A stretch of DNA of 64,000 bases from Eledone cirrhosa (GCA_964016885.1 OZ024749.1:24676001-24740000), one strand, 5' to 3'; counted from the first letter of the stretch, positions 14,311-29,846 are shown. A program made the numbers and translations. Notes: generated from the sequence alone by a model not told the origin.

Positions 14311-14548
14311 GATAGAAGAAACATTAGATATAATTAGTAATAAGATATATCATACCTAGCTGCTTCTATAGTCCCTGACTACGTAGTTTAGTGGCATATT
14401 ATCCAAGAGATATAGAGATATAGAGTCTTTGTGAGGTTCTGCTGACTTATCAAGGGGATACCTCATTAAGGTTTCAAAACACCTCTGCAATGCGCGAGAT
14501 AGAATCTTGAAAAGGCGGAGGGAGAGTCAATCACGTGATACAGCGGTC

Positions 14549-14697
14549 AAGAAACAGAGCTAAGCCTCTTATAACCCTGAAAAAAATACCACGGAGGCAG
14601 AGGGGGATTCATATGAAAGCCGTAGAAGAGGTGGTTTGAGGAGGCGAGAAGTATGAGTAATGGTTTCAGGGTTATAAGGGGCTTAGCTCTGTTTCTT
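14549..14697. repeat. 34-bp inverted repeat abutting the PLE fragment
   Basis: AAGAAACAGAGCTAAGCCTCTTATAACCCTGAAA (14549-14582) versus its near reverse complement at about 14663-14697. Confidence 0.8.
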
Positions 14698-15267
14698 TGT
14701 TAGCAGTCCTTTTATTGGGATGCATTATGTTTGTCCACATCATCATATGGGCATTGAGGGTTTTCTGCCTATCCTCATGCTCCTGTGGTGTTACTTCTCT
14801 TATGTTAGTTGTGGGGTTGCATTGCCTGGATGTAGTTTGACAGACTGTCAACCGACATTCTGCAAGACTTGTCTGTTGGAAAGCATGAATAGAATAGCAA
14901 CATGAATGAAATAGCAACATCACAACTTACAATTAAGGACAAAATGAAAACAGACACACATATAGAACAAACAACTAACCAGTAACATGTAAATAAACAA
15001 ATAAATAAACAAATATAAACACACACGGACACCCGGATGTAACACATGGGCAAACTAAGCTCACTACACACACAAAAACAAGATGGCGTAGGAGAGAACA
15101 AAGGAGAGGCACAAAAACAAAGAAAAAGAATCCCCAGTCACTCAAGAGGTCACATAATGTGTGACGAAAGAACTTTGACAATATAAATTTAATTTATAAT
15201 AAATTGGAGTGAAAGCGACTGGTGCGTGTGTTTCTTATTGGCAATATGACCCTCCCAAAGCATAACA

Positions 15268-15270
<3 letters not shown>
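14698..15270 (-). mobile_element. Penelope-like element fragment: RT N-terminal piece plus inverted pseudo-LTR
   Basis: Minus-strand PTDKSCRMSVDS...QAMQPH...LNAHMMMWTNI matches the 48187 ORF. 14880-15270 (+) matches the 53.5/55 kb pLTR, including a mutated hammerhead at 15136-15179. Confidence 0.85.
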
Positions 15271-15356
<86 letters not shown>

Positions 15357-15407
15357 AATGTATATATATATGTGTGTAAATGTATATATATATATATATG
15401 TGTGTAC

Positions 15408-15457
<50 letters not shown>

Positions 15458-15459
15458 AA

Positions 15460-15507
<48 letters not shown>

Positions 15508-15723
15508 GTGTGTAAATGTATATATATATATATGTGTAAATGTATATATATATATATGTGTGTAAATGTATATATATATATATATATATGTGTGTGTATG
15601 TAAATGTATATATATATATATATATATGCGTGTGTAAATATATATATATATGTGTGTGTAAATGTATATATATATATATATGTATGTAAATGTATATATA
15701 TATATATATATGTGTATGTGTAA

Positions 15724-15827
<104 letters not shown>

Positions 15828-15829
15828 AA

Positions 15830-15919
<90 letters not shown>

Positions 15920-15921
15920 AA

Positions 15922-15972
<51 letters not shown>

Positions 15973-16486
15973 ATCACATACGTGGAACATCAAAGAAGAC
16001 GTCAATTAATAGAGTTGAACTATAGTTATATTATCTGGAGTGGTTCTCTGAAGCTATGTCTGTGACATTATATTGTCTATAATGATAGTCGACTGGTATT
16101 TGTATGTAGAACCATAATCATCATGGCTTACATCTCGTTAGAATAATTTTCAAACGCATATTTCTCTTCCGTCAAAAATATATATATTGTTGTCGTTGTT
16201 ATTGTGTCTGTTGTTAGTTGCATGTGTTGGTGTTAATGCTGGTGATGTGCTTTCTTGTTGTTGTTTAGCCCCAGGCTGATTTGATCGAACAGTCATTTGA
16301 TGAAAGGTGTACCAGCTGTGATCAATATTGACTTCACAATATGATTTATCTTCCAGTTATTACTCCATTGTTATTATTGCTGTTTTTCTTATTTTTTTAG
16401 GTATTATTACCAATCAGGTAGATGCTAGCCGGTAAGTCCCTATACATATTACATATTAAGTAATATATATATATATATACATATAT

Positions 16487-16809
16487 AGTGAATGAGAGAA
16501 GAATAACGTGGTCGGCTGTATAATAAGATTTATTTAAAATATTAACAATGTTTTCATTATTCCGGTGTCTCTAAAAATCGCTGATCGCCAGAAGCTACGT
16601 CACTCGATTTTAATTACAGTCAATACCCGACCAAATTATCAGAATACTGACCTGTATTTGTCCCATTACCGGTTTTGTATCCCTTATGATTTGAATATAT
16701 TTGCGTATTAATGTGTTTTTCTCTCTTTACTGTGTTATAAAGAGCTCGGAATTGTTGAGCTTATTTGTTGATGAGAAAATATTGTGAGTTTTAACGCAAC
16801 ATTTCAACT

Positions 16810-16810
<1 letters not shown>
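16487..16810. mobile_element. Family C-like fold-back element with a degenerate hammerhead (16540-16646, minus)
   Basis: TATT-CTGATAA-T...T-GAAAACATTGTT-AATA; shares internal TCGAGTGACG..GCGAT with family C; short inverted end at 16719-16731. Confidence 0.55.
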
Positions 16811-16840
<30 letters not shown>

Positions 16841-17713
16841 TTGATTATATATGTATACATATATGTATATTTTCCATCCTTACAGCGTTAACCTGTTGCA
16901 CATATGTACAAGTCTTTATTACTAATTCTATTCTATGACTGCTATTTTTCTATTGATGATCGTAATATATTTATGCATGTTCCTCTGTTTTCCTTCAAAG
17001 ACGCGCGTACATTTATTGTGCTTTATATGTTGCTTTCAACCACAGAGTGTTTAACCAACCTAACGTACGAAAATTGCTGTTACCTGTAAACTCCAGTTCT
17101 AAGGACGAGAATTCTACCTAACGGTAGCTGAAATTGTCTTGGTGCAGTTGTCTGATCGACAATTGTCACACTTTCACGTGAAAACTCTGGGAAAGAGAGA
17201 ATCTCAGTTCCATATAAACCCATAGATATTTTCCTACCCACGTGATACATCTGCTTGGAGGGCATTTGTGTTTAGCCTAAACAAATACCAAAATTGCCCC
17301 ACACTGCGAATTATTAATATAAAATAATAAATATGTTTAGAGAATAGGTTAATTAATTTTATTTTTGTTTCCAGAAAAATATTGTAAAATATTGTAAAGT
17401 ATTCTAATGAATTGGCAATTGTACGGCATTCAATTGTAACAATAACTTATATTAATCTGCTATATTTTATGCGCAATATTATATATATAATTTGAGACAT
17501 CTACAACGCAAGCTATACTAGTTACTGGCCATTGAGGATGTGATATTTGACACTACGCAATGGTGTCCACTTCAGGGGATTCGTTTTATAGAAATACATT
17601 TACATTAACACGCAGCATTGACACGGGATATCATATCGCATGCTCAGCGTCTGATCTTCATATTTAATAAGCCACCGCAGTAGAGTTGGTTAAGCAACGA
17701 TTCTTTATATTGC

Positions 17714-17807
<94 letters not shown>

Positions 17808-17904
17808 CTATGTATATATACATATCTATGTGTATATATATATATATATACACATCTATGTATATATACATATCTATGTGTATATATATATATATACATA
17901 CATA

Positions 17905-18028
<124 letters not shown>

Positions 18029-18050
18029 TATACATATGTATATATATATA

Positions 18051-18108
<58 letters not shown>

Positions 18109-18130
18109 TATACATATGTATATATATATA

Positions 18131-18180
<50 letters not shown>

Positions 18181-18287
18181 ATGTGGTGTCGTTACCGAAC
18201 TGACTTTACAGGCTTCTTAAATAAGAATATATATATATATACACACACGTATATGTAATTATATATATACACACATGTATGTGTATG

Positions 18288-18333
<46 letters not shown>

Positions 18334-18671
18334 CACACACACACACAAACACACACATACACACAAACACATATATATATATATATATAAACATGTATGT
18401 ATGTAGGTATGTTATATGTATGAACAATAAGACGTTTGAAATAATTGGTTGTCAATTAAGGCAACTCTGTTTGTACGGTGTTCGTACAGTGTGAACACCT
18501 AACGCAATTAGAATATGACGAATTATCATTAACTATAATTATTGCAAATATAGAGATGTTGAAGTTCTTATGATATGAACTATGACCTTCCACGTCTGAT
18601 GTGTCATTTATCTTGTATAAAAGAGAATATATACAATCAAATACACATGCATACAAAATATACTGGTTTGG

Positions 18672-18715
<44 letters not shown>

Positions 18716-18722
<7 letters not shown>

Positions 18723-18907
18723 AGATCAAAAGATGGTTAAAGGAGTTCCATGTATTTTATTATGCGCATTTCAAAAACAAATACATGGAACTCCTTTAAC
18801 CATCTTTTGATCTTATATTATGTATACTCCAGTCCTACAAACTGTAGAGTGCTTCTTATCCGATATCTGCATTGCTTTATTGTACTACAATAAAACTCAC
18901 CTCCTAC

Positions 18908-18910
<3 letters not shown>
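18716..18910. mobile_element. Short asymmetric fold-back element in (TA)n
   Basis: Inverted arms of about 43 bp (18716-18760 and 18779-18820) plus a 90-bp extension that begins with the bulged hairpin. Confidence 0.8.
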
Positions 18911-18982
<72 letters not shown>

Positions 18983-19263
18983 AATTAATATCTAGTAATT
19001 TGCCACCGACGCAGAGGCAGTGATTTTCTCAATGGCTAGGAATTCAGTCCACGCTTTGCTATTTTCTATCCACTGAATTATTTTTGAATAAGTTTCCAGA
19101 GTCCACGCTTTGCCTGGATACTTAGCTGAGAATAATCTTCCCTGACGACGAAATGATTCTCCATATTTTCTTCGGAAAGTATATTTATTCCATTTCAGAA
19201 ACTAATTAGTTGGGAGTGAAATTTTAGTAAGTTAATTTTATAATTTTCTTATTTCACGTCTCT

Positions 19264-19337
<74 letters not shown>

Positions 19338-19338
<1 letters not shown>

Positions 19339-19526
19339 ATTGTTGCTACTTTTGGCACAAGGCCAGAAAATACCGAGTGTATTACTGGTACTTTATTTTA
19401 TCGACCCCGTAAGGATGAAAGGCAAAGTTAACCTCGGCGGGATTTGAACTCAGAATGGCAAGGGCCGTAACTCTAGGCGTCAAAGCATGGCGTCCGACCC
19501 TCTACCGATACTGCCAATTCACCGTC
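19338..19526 (-). mobile_element. tRNA-derived SINE, same family as 9348-9525
   Basis: Near-identical sequence with A and B boxes. Confidence 0.85.
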
Positions 19527-19572
19527 ATATATGTAGATAATAATAAGGAGTTGACGGACCCAGCATACTTAT

Positions 19573-19648
<76 letters not shown>

Positions 19649-20181
19649 ATGTAAGTATGTATGCATGTGTATGTATATGTATGTCTATATATATACATAG
19701 TTAGAGAGCTTAATTGATAGATATATATTTATATATATATATGTTTAAATGTACATATATCTATATATATATATATTTGTGTTTGTGTGTATTAGTGTGT
19801 ATACATATACGATATTATGTGTGTGTTTGTGTATATATATATATATGTATGAATATGTATTTTGTATTTATACACAAGTAAATTCTGTCAAAATAATTGA
19901 TATTTTATGTTACTGGAGAGAGAAAGTTAATCATCATCATCATCATCATCATCTTCAGTTTTCACCATAATCATCATTTCTGTGTTAATAGCTATTTTAG
20001 AAAAATCATTACATGTATATGGAATCGTTTTCCTTCAATGCGACTTTCCCTTATATCCCACACTCTGAGCGACACACTCCCATCTGCAAACGATATATCA
20101 ATACTTGTATAATTAAATGCCTATATACTCACTCAAATTACATGTAAGGAAATAGTGTATTTGCATGTATAAATATATATG

Positions 20182-20229
<48 letters not shown>

Positions 20230-20280
20230 TTGCATTTTTGTTTTTAAAATCCAAATTCAATAAACAGACCAGGATATTTT

Positions 20281-20334
20281 CATTCTGAGGATTGAAAGCA
20301 AAATCTTTTGCTTTTAAGAAACCACTGGTAAATG
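20281..20334 (+). ncRNA. Type I hammerhead ribozyme, family K (element about 20230-20430)
   Basis: CATT-CTGAGGA-TTGAAAGC[10 nt]GCTTTTAA-GAA-ACC[ACT]GGT-A-AATG: all three helices pair, GUA site. Confidence 0.85.
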
Positions 20335-20427
20335 GAATAATTGCCTTATGTTGTTTATTACATAACTATTAAGCTCTGTTATCTACATAGAGCACTCTTT
20401 TTTCCTGGACTTTTCCGACGGAATTAC

Positions 20428-20482
<55 letters not shown>

Positions 20483-20486
<4 letters not shown>

Positions 20487-20985
20487 AAGAAAAAAAAATG
20501 TTCGCTCTACATGGCTGTATAAAATAAATGTAATCTGAATTTTTCAAATATTAATAATAATATTCGATTCGTTTGCAATTGTGCAAACAAGCCTCAATTT
20601 TATGGCCATGTCAGTAGCATCAACCCTTCATTCTTGCTCTTGTGTTGGTGTGTGAACAGAACTGCAGACACTAATGTTCTGGATATCACCCTTCATCAGT
20701 TAGCCCACTGTTCACCAGCCAAACTGTCAGAGCTAGTGAAAACTATATGCTATTTTTAAAAATACACAGTGATTGATCGGCCTGATTTGCACATTGGCAG
20801 ACTGGGTGATCAGTTAGATCTGCATATTAGCAGATCCACTGATCAGCCAGATATGCATATCAGCAGACTGGCCAGTCAGTTTCCTGTATACGAGCTATAA
20901 ATGGCCGGCTTTGGAAAATTCAAATAAAAAAAGAAAATTTCGCTCTACATGGCTGAATACAATAAATGCAATCTAAGTTGTTTTA
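20483..20985 (-). mobile_element. Family N terminally redundant unit (438-bp period) with a degenerate hammerhead at about 20665-20704
   Basis: TTCGCTCTACATGGCTG at 20501 and 20939; minus-strand CTGATGAAGG..CCAGAACATTAGTGTC. Confidence 0.55.
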
Positions 20986-21043
20986 ATATATATAAGTATA
21001 TATGTATATATACTTACATGTATGTACATACTCACACACACAC

Positions 21044-21096
<53 letters not shown>

Positions 21097-21514
21097 GTTT
21101 GTATGCGTATTATTGTAGGGATTCGGAAGCTGAAGCAGTTTCCACAGCAACTTATGAATGTATTTGTGTTGAATTCCCTCAAGGCTATCTCTCTGAAGAA
21201 ATGGATATTAGTTGAATAAAAAGCCAGTTGTACATTGGTGAATGAAAAGTCAGGTATACATTGGTGAAGAAACCAAACATATACTGACTGTATGAAAGAA
21301 GTAGTGTAAATGAAAGATATGACACGAATGAAATAAAATTAATTTGGTCTTTAAATAATGTGATTTGATCCTCTAGATAATTAGTATCGGCAAATGTAAT
21401 GGTTATGGACGTGGTGGTGGATAGAAATTATTTTTGAGCCAACCCTTACCTATGGTCACAGACAGGGTAATGACGGAAAAAATACGATCGCGAATACGTG
21501 CGGCCCAAATCAGA

Positions 21515-22225
21515 TAGATAGATGCAACTGATCATAGTCATTAGAGAGGTTTTGGCTGTCTCATCTGTCTCAAAATGTGGGATGCATTGATAGATGCAAC
21601 TGACCATGGACATTGGAGAAATTTGACTACCTAATGTGTTTGAAGAGTGGAGGCACGTGGCCTAGTGGTAAGAGTGTTGGATTTACGGTTATAATGTCGT
21701 GCGTTCAATTCCTGGTTTGCGTGTTACGTTCTAGAACAAAACATTTCATTTCACATTGCTCCAGTATACTCAGCTGAAAACGAGTACCAGCAATAGTTGG
21801 GGGTTTAACCCTGCGTTGGACTGGCGTCCTGTCCAGGAGAGAATCTTGTACTATCAGTTGCTTACGCCATGAAACCAGAATAAGCACCGGTCTAATGAAC
21901 CTTCTGGCTGAATATAGACTTTAGACTTTGTGTTTGAAGACGTGGGATGCATTGATATATGCAACTGACCATGGCCATTGGAACATTTGAATGCCACTTG
22001 TGTCACAAGATGTGGAATTTATTGATAGATAGAACCGACCATAGACATTGGAGCATTTGGCTGCCTCATGTGACTCGAGACGTGGGATTTATTGATAGAC
22101 AGAACTGTCCATGGATATTGGAGCAATTTGCTGCCTCGTGTTTTTGAAGACATCGGATGTATTGATGAAGGCAACTGTCAATGGAGATTGGAGCAATTTT
22201 CCTAGTCATGTGTTTGAAGACGTGA
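21515..22225. repeat. Approximately 70-bp degenerate minisatellite interrupted by a SINE
   Basis: GGGATGCATTGATAGATGCAACTGACCATGG recurs near 21578, 21942, 22012, 22082 and 22153. Confidence 0.8.
21647..21928 (+). mobile_element. tRNA-derived SINE with a V-domain-like core and a 12-bp target-site duplication
   Basis: A-box TGGCCTAGTGG, B-box GTTCAATTCC, core CCCTGCGTTGGACTGGCGTCCTGTCCAGG, (TAGACTT)2 tail; TSD TGTGTTTGAAGA at 21635 and 21929. Confidence 0.8.
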
Positions 22226-22780
22226 TAGCTTCAAAACATTTGCTAAGTATCAGGTATGGACATGAGTGGGTGTTGAGAAATCTTGGAATTCTGCATTCTG
22301 CAGATAATTTGAGTAATGTTAGTGGTGTAGCGGAGATAGTGTATATGTCATCCGATGGTTGTGTAATCGTGTTGTATATTATATATATGCATTCTTATAT
22401 GCATACATATGCACTACATAATGGCATACACCCTTAAATAGAGATTAGATGTCATTCACTGTGTTATATATTACATGTATGATTATAATTATGTACACAT
22501 ATATGCAGATGACACGTTAAATTACGAATTGAAATGCAATTAATATTTAATAGAAGAGAAAGAATTAAAACGAAGCCAATCTGAATAATTCATATATAAA
22601 TACATATTCATGTACACACGCACACACTTATACACATACATACATACCCACACACACACACGGACGCACACATGCATCCCCCACATATATATATATATAT
22701 ATAAATATATATATATATAATATATACACGCTTATAGATACACAAACACATACATACACACACACACACATATACATATG

Positions 22781-22844
<64 letters not shown>

Positions 22845-23649
22845 GTGCATTAGGAGACTATTTCAACACACACACACACACACGGACACGCACGCACGCA
22901 CGCACACACACATACTCTCACACACATACACACACATATATATATATTATTTTTTTGTGCTCATTAAATTTTTCATGCATACGCAATGCAAATGTCAGTA
23001 TTTCATACATAAATTCGAATACATTAATTCATATGTTTTCAGCATTGGAAATGCTAAACTCAATAGATCTATTGTTAAAGGAGATGAAGGAGGATTACTT
23101 AAAATAAAATACGGGAGTATTAGTTAATTATGATTTTATTCAAAATATTCCCCTCTCAGATTCACACATTTTTGGGAGCGGTCCGACCCCACCCTAAAGG
23201 TTACATCTCTACCCTTTTCTGATACTCTTGAATGCAGTACCTATTTAGCGTCTCGTATATTTAGTTATATATCGTGATATTTCCTATGTGCCCAGATTTT
23301 AGACAAACACTGGATAGTTTTAAGCTAAATTATTTTCAGATTTCCCTGTTCATGTGTATCTACAACCTCTACAACAGCGATGGCCAGACATTAAACATGA
23401 GATGTCACGGTCGACAAGATTTCGTGCAGAACTCATTCGAGTGGTGAAACTCGACAAATCAAGCCAACGAAACTGTTTCCATGGGTATTTCCATTGCTGA
23501 TACTATCTACCGGTCGTAATTTCCGACAGACTGAGCAAGGTGATATAAAGTAACATAACGCCTTCTCCAGTCCGGTAATAAAATTCGCAACATCACGATT
23601 GCGAATCCCATGCTCTATCCACGAAGGCACAAGGCTTTAGTATCTAATG

Positions 23650-23815
23650 GTTACTGATTTAGGCACAAGGCCAACAATTTGAAGGGAAAGCATAGTCGAT
23701 TAACTTGACTCCAGTGCATTACTGTTGCTTTATTTTATCAATCCTATAAGGATGAAAGGCTAAGCTAACCTCGGCAAGATTTGAACTCAAAGCGTAAAGG
23801 GCCAAATCGAACGCC
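23650..23815 (-). mobile_element. Degenerate tRNA-derived SINE (9348 family)
   Basis: GCACAAGGCCA...AGGATGAAAGGC...CCTCGGCAAGATTTGAACTCA. Confidence 0.7.
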
Positions 23816-24412
23816 CTACTTTTTAGTACATAATAAACAGTTTAGTATCGGAGAACAGGAGTGATTTCAAAAATGTTACGAAAAATTCTCAAAACGTTTT
23901 AGAGAATGTTTGACTTGCATGTATATTCTTGGATTCCTATAGTTTAACACAGCATTCAATTTAGAACAGATATGGGAATAAATAGCGTTACAGCTTCTCT
24001 CTTTCTATATGGAAATATCATAATTTCCCCAAACTTTACAAATAACCAAAATAAAAATAAAATTGCTGACAGGTTTCATTAAGAAACAAGTCCAAGATTA
24101 TTTCCAGAGATAGAGAAAAATGATGTTAGTTCACAGCATCACCTACACCATATAATACTATCTCTTGCAGTCAAAAAAGGCTTTTTATTATCACCATGTG
24201 AATTCAGATTATATCATTATATTTCCAAATGCATCCATATATTCAGGATATTTATTTACTTAGATTTTTTGCGGCGATGTACCGCTGCACAATGTTGTAT
24301 GTGGTATTACTCAGTATCCATACTGAAACATATTTATTGAGGTTGCATAAACCAGAATGACATGTATATATATATATATCTACACACAGACACACACAGG
24401 CAGAGGCATATA

Positions 24413-24520
<108 letters not shown>

Positions 24521-25360
24521 AATATAAACACATATGTGTATATAAATATATTGTAAATGTAATATATATGTATATATACAAGTGTGTATATGTGGTTGGG
24601 TGGGGTGAGCGGGGTATCTGTGTGTACGAGCGTTTGTATATGTGAGTTAGTATGGATGTTACTTATGCATCACAGCAGGCACCAAACGAATTAATTCTAT
24701 ATAACAGTATACATGTATCATGATATAAACATGATATTTAATGACATATATAGAGGTATCCTATGGGTTTAAGATATATACTCAATATACACACACACAG
24801 CCAAGAATATGTTATAAAATTACTATTATGTTTACCATCTTTATAACATAGTACTTTAAAAAGGTTAGCCCCGAAGTTCAGCATAGAGTAAGGGTCCCAA
24901 AATTGATCATATGTCAACCACAAAGTATTGGTAAAACTAGGCAGGGGATAGATTGATTAAAATACGGGGATGGTGTGTACAATCAATCGCAGAGTAAACC
25001 CCAAATCATTTTAGTAAAATGGATCGAGGATACTCATTCTTGATATGTTCAACGGTCGGTTTGAAATATATTAAATATTTGCATGAATGTTTTGAGCTGT
25101 ACATTTACATTAAAATCATATAGCACTGAATAAATAAATATATGTATATCTCCTACATTGCGTATTCTAGTAACCAGTTGTCTCCTCGGTTTCAGCACGG
25201 CATAGTCTGCATGTGTATATATATATATATATATATATACATATATATATACATGTATGTGTGTGAGAGTGTGTGTGCATAAATATATATAGATGTGTGT
25301 ATATACACAAACACACATATATATACATAAATATATACATATTTATATACATGTATGTGT

Positions 25361-25971
25361 GCGATGAAATACCAATGACGGCTAGAAGATCACTGATGAA
25401 GGACTAAATTTATTCATATGTAACCCATTTGCAACCACGCAGCACGCCATGGTTTCATATTTTTCGTATATATTTTCCTCTGCTGTGAACCGTCTGTTTC
25501 TTTCTTACTGCTTCCTCTGTATCTCTCAATTCGTTTTACCCCCTCTACCAGACACTCTCTCTGTTAGCCTCTTCCTCCCACTTTCACTCACTCACTCTCT
25601 GCTACTCCCTCTCCTACTTCCTCCCGTTTGACCTGTGCGAGATTCTTTCCTCACGCACACTTCGACAGGTCGTATGGTCATTATTCTCTCTCGTCCATGA
25701 TTTCACAGGACATATGTTCATCGATTTCAGGGGCTTGACTCCTTCTTATTCACTTTTCGTTGCATTACCATCTTTGTTTGTTTACCGTCTCGCTCGTTCC
25801 CCATATTTACGTGTCCCAACGACTTTCTTTAGCCGTTGCTTGCACCAGACAGACGTATATGGTCTTTAAAGCGATGAAATACCAATGAAGGCTGAAAGAT
25901 CACTGATAAAGGACTAAATTGATTCATATGTAACCCATTTGCAACCACGCAGCACGCCGTGTTTTCATATT

Positions 25972-25978
<7 letters not shown>
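25361..25978 (+). mobile_element. Family G terminally redundant unit (510-bp period)
   Basis: A direct repeat of about 105 bp at 25361 and 25871; the flanking microsatellite pattern is duplicated on both sides. Confidence 0.65.
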
Positions 25979-26012
<34 letters not shown>

Positions 26013-26050
26013 TATATAAATATACATGTATGTGTGTGAGTGTGTGTGTG

Positions 26051-26093
<43 letters not shown>

Positions 26094-26152
26094 ATACACA
26101 AACACATATATATATATATACATAAATGTATATATATATATTTATATACATG

Positions 26153-26207
<55 letters not shown>

Positions 26208-26242
26208 TCACACACACACATATATATATATATATTTATTTA

Positions 26243-26540
26243 TTTGGGTTTGTTGGTTCACCACTGGATAGAACTGGTAATTATGTGTGGTCAGCTACGA
26301 TGTAATGTTATGGAAAGCACTCAACGTAATGTAACTCACCCGCCTTCGTTTGTGTAGTTGGTGGTGTGATTACGGAGTTAATTATTACAAAATAACAGGA
26401 GGCATGATCTGGTGTAAATCCTTGAAAGGTTTATTTTACTATGATCATTTCAAAGATTTGACTATGATCATTTCAATGAACGGGTTCAGTATGAATCCGG
26501 TGACATCATCAGGTAATTCAAAATATAACGAAGGAATATA
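26243..26540 (-). mobile_element. Family J element with hammerhead (26460-26515) and extension hairpin
   Basis: Reverse complement of 61945-62068 plus similarity to 60428-60549. Confidence 0.75.
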
Positions 26541-27324
26541 TGAGATAAAAGTCTTTGGTGTTTAAATCAGAGAAAAGAGGGTGGCTGGTATTTTAGCGAC
26601 TTGTATCTAAGTTGACCGCCCTTAAGTAATATATATATATAAATATATATATATTAAATATATATATATATATTGTAATACATATATAAATATATAGAGG
26701 CACGCTCACACACACACACACACACCACGCCATACACACACACACACACATATGTATATACATATATATACATATATATACATATATATATATACATATA
26801 TATACATATATATACATATTTATATACTCACACTTCCGGAATATACAATGTCTTCTCACACAACTAAAACATCCTGATCTATTAATCAAAGTAAGAAACG
26901 ACAAGATATGGTTTATAGCTTGACTCTCCAGACACCCAATGCTGAATCATCGTGGATTGTGTGATAGACCTGTAGTCTATATATTGCGTTTCATGGATTG
27001 TGTGAGCGGTGATGTGTGCGAACACAGTGGTGCTGTTTTGCCTATTTTATAATATGTTTTGTGATATGTTTGATATTTTTGATATTTTGGTGTTTCTCTA
27101 CATTCGGGATTGTATATCATACAGGTGTATGCGAAAAAATGATTTAACAATACGGCCCACATAATAATATTGATTGCCTGCTTTAACTGCCTGATTCTAC
27201 AAGTAACAATCTGCCGCACTCTAATCCTGTATAAATAAGACACGCGTGCATGCTACACGTGAGATTGTTTCATACACTGACTACTCTAAACTTTCCTCCT
27301 GCTTTATCTTCATAAACTGCCAAT

Positions 27325-27590
27325 ATTTTATTTTTATTTTTATTATTTTTATTTTTATTTTTATTTTTATTTTTTATTTTTATTTTTATTTTTATTTTTA
27401 TTTTTATTTTTATTTTTATTTTTATTTTTATTTTTATTTTTATTTTTATTTTTATTTTTATTTTTATTTTTATTTTTATTTTTATTTTTATTTTTATTTT
27501 TATTTTTATTTTTATTTTTATTTTTATTTTTATTTTTATTTTTATTTTTATTTTTATTTTTATTTTTATTTTTATTTTTATTTTCATTTT
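27325..27590. repeat. (TTTTTA)n hexanucleotide repeat
   Basis: Direct inspection. Confidence 0.95.
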
Positions 27591-27840
27591 AATCCTTTAA
27601 CCTTTATATGTAAATTGCCATGCTATCTCATTATGATGGATGTCAACCCACTGTGGGTCAATATATGCATATGTTTTTATATGTCTCTTGTGTTGAAAAG
27701 GAGGTCAAGTATGTTATAGATCACTAAATAGTTGCTCCGAATCCAAACCTCGGTTTGGAGGCAACAATTGTAAGAAAATAAATGATTTAAAATGAACTTT
27801 GATTATTGTAATCTCTATATATACATATATATATATATGT

Positions 27841-27940
<100 letters not shown>

Positions 27941-28905
27941 TAACAAAGGCAGCCGGATTGGAAATGACATCATTGGTATCTTATGCCGTGGGTGAAAAAT
28001 CAGTTGGCTGGAATTTGCAGACGACATCGTGTTACTTAACTCGACAGAAGTGGTTCACCGTGTTGCACTTGATAGATTTGATTCCGAGTTCTGCATGGCT
28101 GTAAAGAAAATTTGTGCTGCGATAATTGAGAATCTGGTACTCTCAAGGAAGCATGCGGATCCCTCTCTAAATGTGAATGGAGTTCCACTGAAGCAGGATA
28201 AAAAGCAGAGAGAAATATTTGAGACTTGAAGGCGGTCAGGGGCAGCTGTTGCCAGGCTGGCTGACCGCCTTCAATGCATGTAAAAGTTAAACAGAAATAA
28301 CAACACAATCGGTACAGTATATGGAAGGCAAATATTAGGTTAATGCTTGGAATAACAGGAAGATGATATTAACGTTTCGGACCAAAACATTCATCAGAAA
28401 AAAGAAGGATACATTAAGATTGAAGGGATGGGTATGGCGGAATCGGAAAAAAATGTTATTTAGTGGAAAATAACAGGTCCATTCATGTATGCATATATTT
28501 GAATGTTTATTTAGGAAGCTGCAGTATTTAAAACATCGAAACATCAAAGGACTGAGTACAAATTAATGGTGGGTGAGTATTTCAAATATATTCCTAACGC
28601 AGATACGTGGCAATGACTAAGAAGATTATATATATATATGGGAATAAAGACTAATGTATTTTCATACATTACAAAGTTGACGGAATACATAGGAAGCAAT
28701 ATATATATGTAACAAAATATTAATAATTTGTCATATGATGGTATATGTGCATAATACATATATTTTCATATGATTATATAAACATATAATGTTACGTACA
28801 CAGATAAAGATACATATAAAATTGGATATCAACTCGTTTCACACATGCACCTACACACACATTTATATATATACATATATAGATATAAACACACACACAT
28901 ATCTA

Positions 28906-28942
<37 letters not shown>

Positions 28943-29105
28943 GTATACACATATAAACACACACGCATATGTGTGCATATATATATATATATATATATAA
29001 AGACAAGCATATGTGTGTATCTATCTCTCTCTCTATATATATATATATACATAAAGACACGCATATGTGTGTGTATATATATATATATGTATATATGTAT
29101 ATATG

Positions 29106-29141
<36 letters not shown>

Positions 29142-29599
29142 AGTGTGTGTGTGTGTGTGTGTATGTGTGTGTGTGTGTGTAGGCTTCTGTGCTTTGATAT
29201 ATTATTAATCGGTATTGCATAAGGTCACAAAACAATCTGATATAAATGACTTATATTATACATATGCAGAGAGGTAGATACGAATGTTTATATATTTATG
29301 CATATATTTGCAGACCCTCGAGATGTTTGCAGGCATCAGATATTCGGTAAATAGCCGCATTAATTATGTCAGATTTCATTGAACATGCAGGTTTCATTAC
29401 CATAAATTATGCAAATATTGTAGTTGTGAATAGTTTGTCATGGTGATTCTAACAGCAGCTCTCTATCTGCTTCTTTTGTACTACACACACATTATGATAC
29501 ACATAGGTGCATTGTTATCTATATAATTGCTGTGATATTTCAACGTTCTGTAGTATTTGCAATGCTCCACTGGTTCATTACACGATATCATTTACGATA

Positions 29600-29676
<77 letters not shown>

Positions 29677-29846
29677 GTGCATATATATGTATATAGCGAG
29701 AGAGAGAGAGAGGGAGAGAGAGAGAATGAGCGAAAGATATATATATATATTCACATCTGTATATATATATATATATACATGTGTATATATATATATATAT
29801 ATATACACATCTGTATTTAAAATATATATATATATTATATATACAG

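Noticed and set aside
19138-19192. Hammerhead-like CTGACGA-CGAA...TTCG-GAAA
   Set aside because: There is no helix I pairing and no second copy to build a consensus.
28029-28229. LINE RT remnant (LVLSRK..PSLNVNGVPLKQ)
   Set aside because: The resemblance is too short and weak to call without a search.
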